Below the pieces are notes generated by a model. It was not told the DNA's origin. It was given only the letters and a program-made list of their open reading frames with translations, and searched no databases. Positions 60,846-64,000 of a DNA stretch of 64,000 nt are shown one piece after another (positions within the stretch are counted from its first letter, which is position 1; each line of letters starts with the position of its first letter). The stretch lies in assembly GCA_013239625.1 (NCBI GenBank), contig MU054323.1:11429815-11493814 (forward strand), given 5' to 3'. The position numbers and the translations under genes were made by a program. Origin of the DNA: Lama guanicoe. Its lineage: Eukaryota.

Positions 60846-63767
60846 ATGGAAATCCATCAGGACAGTGCACACCAGCCGTCGAGCGCTTATCCCTAATGCT
60901 CGGCGTTCGTACGTTCTTCCTCATGGGAGCAGCTGGCACAATTGGTGCTCATTCTCTGCTCTAGGTCCTGGTGATCAGTGAGGGGGAGTGTTTCTGCACA
61001 TCTTTTCTCACTGGACTGTGACTAGGTGCTTCTTTAACCATCCCTCCCCTCCACCAAGGAAAGCTGCAAAAGGAGGCCTGTAGCCTTCCATTCTGGGTCC
61101 ACATGACGTTATCCATTGGCCCAAGACCGGAACACTCACTCCCAACCCAGCCTGCCCTCCTGCGCACACTGCAAGCTCACTCCCCAAGAGGGAGACTCCA
61201 GAGGGTCCGTCAGGTGGCCTGCTCTGCTCTGTCAAAATAACAGAATGTTTCTGCTGCAAAGGCATGCGATTAGGCAGCCTTCAGAGAGCTATTTTGGGAT
61301 GAGAGAATTCTTTCCTATCCCTCCAGTGGTTTGTTTTCAGACTCATTCACAGAATGCCACAGGGGTCACTTTCCCCCGCGCCTGTGGTGGGGTGAGGCGG
61401 GGGAATAGGGAGCAACATGCCTCCCCTGCTTCTCAGGGAGGAACTGCTATTTGTTTGCAACTTGTCAGAAATCCCACAGCGGTGCCCAGTCACCTCTCAG
61501 GGGGCCCACTGTTTGGCGGGCTCCCAGCTCCGGCAGGAAGATGGAAAAGCCAGGACGGGGCCTGGATGAGCCCAGACGGCACCAAGAATGTTCAAGTGGA
61601 AGGAACCACGGAGGGTGTGCCACCCACCCTCCTTGTCACCAGATAAGGAGCCCAAAGCCGGGTCCCAGGGGGTCAGGGGCAGAGCCAACACTGGCAGCTC
61701 TCACCCCTTCTCCTCCAGCCTGACCCAGTCTGAGCCGCAGGTGGTTCTCACACTTTAGGGCTCAGTGAACCCTCTGAGCTGTGTCACAGCTCCTCCCACC
61801 CAGTCTGTAAACAAGGGGACCGCAGATCTCCTGCCTGCAGGCTCTCTCTGCTTCGCCTGCCCCTGCCGAGCTGCAGTGAGGAGTCTTCCCACCTTGGTGT
61901 CGGAGATGCTCCCCACCGCTGCCCTGGCAACCCCAGAGCTGGTCCTTGGAAACGGCTCCCTCCCAAGGGTGACCCTGCACTGGGGCTCTGTGGATTGGCG
62001 TGTCCTGAAGTGGACTAGCACGGGCCTCTCCAGCCTGTTTCCCAAGCTTGCACGGATCATACTGGCCTTTGCTTCAAACTCTTCCATAAGATGTCTCCTC
62101 CAGCCCTCCGCTGTGGGCCACTTGCAAATGTCTGCAAATCCGCCCTCTGCTACTTCCTTGAAGACACAGAGCAAACTGCTCATCCTGACCCAGCCCGGCA
62201 GGCGCCTCCGGGCCTTCGCTCCGGCCCTCTCCAGGCTCCTACAACCTCCTTATGTTCTTACTGATCTGCAAGCAAACAACAAGCAACTTTTCTCTCAACT
62301 CTCCCCAGCCTCTGGGGCGAGGCCAAATCTGATGCCCCACATCCGGTGTCTGTGCACACCCTCCCACAGTGAGGCCTGAAACCTCAGGCCTGGGGCCCCA
62401 GGCAGAGGGCAGAGCACACAAGTTCTCCAGGCCCAAGGCCCTGGGCTGCCCCGGGGAGGGTGGTGTGGGGGCCCTTGACTCCTTCTTTATGGCTCTTTTC
62501 CCTGTGGGCAGCCCCCAGTCGCAGCTTCAGGGGTTCAGTGTCCTCACAGCTTTCTTCCTCTGGCCTAGGAAATACTTTCCAGTGAAAGGATTAAAGCTCC
62601 TTTGCCCAAATCAGACATGCCCAGCTCAGCCTGGGGCTCTCCCTGCTCTGGAAGATTGTCCAGGGAACCGCCCTTCAGCTGGAAGAGCCCCGGGCCCCCA
62701 CCTCAGGGAGCCACGGACTCACTGGAGGCTGAGCGGAGGCGCTGGCCCTGAAGCAGGGCCATGCAGAGTGTGGCGGTGGTCAGAGGTGCCCCATGCTCAA
62801 GCCACATGAAGCCCCAGGGTGGCTTCACAGGGCAGTTAGCTTTGCAGGACTGGTGGGCCAGTCTGTGAACAAGACCCCGATCTCCAGCCCCTCTGGTTTT
62901 GGCCTGGGCCCGCTGCTTCTTGGCGCTGGAGATGGGGCAGGGCTGAGAGAGCCTCTCTGTTCCTATGCAGTTTTGGGTGCCTCCTCCAGAGCCCTCTGGT
63001 CCCTGGAGAAAAGGGTGCTCTGAGTGGGCCCGAGGGTGGGAGAGCCACACAGGCAGGACTGCCCGCACACTCTCCCCACCTAGAACCTTCGAGGGCTGCC
63101 TCCTGCCTAGTGCCCATCTTCTCCTCACTATCCCCTGAGTTCCAGCCAGAACCACCCAGTGACCACACCCAAACTCCCAAGCTCCTACAGGCCTTGGGCC
63201 TTTGCACGTGGCCTCACATGGCCTAGTCACCCCCAAGAACAGTCCAAACTCCACTGCGCTGCAGAGCTCCCAGGAAGGACCATGACTTGCTCTTTGAGCC
63301 CCTAGTGCCTGCCCCAAAGCTGGGCTCAAAGTACATCTTCAGAAAATACTTAATAGACAACTTTATTAGGCACCAGCTCTGCACCGTGCACTTTGCACCA
63401 TCCAAAAGCATCAGTGCTCTTAGTCTTTGGTAACTTTATAAGCCAGAGAAACAGGATAGCAAGCCTGCCTGGCAGGAGAGGGGCTCCCTGAAATGAACAC
63501 ACGAATAGGCAAGAGTCACGGAGACAGAAGAGCACCAAGCTGCAAGTGCAGTTCACGCGATGTCCTAAGTGGGCGCGCCCACCGATCCAGCGCGAGATCA
63601 ACATGGCGGTCTCCTCTTGGTACTTATTTTTAGCTTTTTAGTTTGCTGAGTTCACATTTTTTGCAAGTTTTAATGTGCATAATATATTTGGGCAGTAATT
63701 TATGCCATATAATTTAGAAATAAATATGCATTTATTGGAGGGCATGGTAAAAGATGTTTTACCAATA

Positions 63768-64000
63768 AGAGTATTGGATTCAATACACATTACCATATTT
63801 AAGACAGATAAACAGCAAGGTCCTACTGTACAACAAAGGGAATTATATTCCATTTCTTATAAAAACATATGATGGAAAAGAATCTAAAATAAAAAAGTAT
63901 GTATATGTATAACTGAATTGCTTTGCTGTATACCTGAAACTAACATTGTAAATCAATTAGACTTCAATAAAAAACAAAATTAAAAAAATAAAAACCAAAA
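63768..64000 (+). mobile_element. Artiodactyl-type L1 3' end with A-rich tail
   Basis: ataaacagcaaggtcctactgta...atgtataactgaattgctttgctgtatacctgaaactaaca...cttcaataaaaaa; same family as 9893-10460. Confidence 0.88.

Noticed and set aside
61116..63329. Long ORFs of 176, 204, 146 and 208 aa
   Set aside because: Overlapping frames on both strands in GC-rich DNA, no recognisable domain; expected by chance from stop-codon scarcity.
1..64000. A novel multi-gene system, CRISPR-like array or prokaryotic-style operon
   Set aside because: The window is mammalian intron, UTR and intergenic DNA; I saw no regularly spaced repeat-spacer structure and no protein-like ORFs beyond LCLAT1 and L1 remnants.
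50500..64000. Exons of the expected downstream neighbour CAPN13 (human synteny, from memory)
   Set aside because: No calpain-like peptide recognised on either strand; very short exons cannot be excluded by eye.

Overview
Mammalian genomic DNA, very probably camelid (vic-1-type tRNA-Ala-derived SINE at 43.8 kb; I saw no Alu, B1/B2, PRE1 or BovB-type repeats). It contains the distal ~22.7 kb of the last intron, the terminal coding exon (22685-23187, +) and a probable ~3.5 kb 3' UTR of LCLAT1 (lysocardiolipin acyltransferase 1). About 37 kb of increasingly GC-rich intergenic DNA follows. The rest is ordinary interspersed repeats (L1, L2, MIR, MaLR and ERV1 solo LTRs, hAT DNA transposon fossils). 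I found no evidence of a previously undescribed biological system. The best leads are modest: a terminal-exon acceptor that doubles as a consensus donor (AG|GTAAGA), clustered miR-30/miR-124 seed matches in the 3' UTR, candidate CTCF/enhancer elements, and a few informative retroposon insertions. Repeat family names come from recalled consensus sequences, not a search; boundaries are approximate unless TSDs or termini are quoted.
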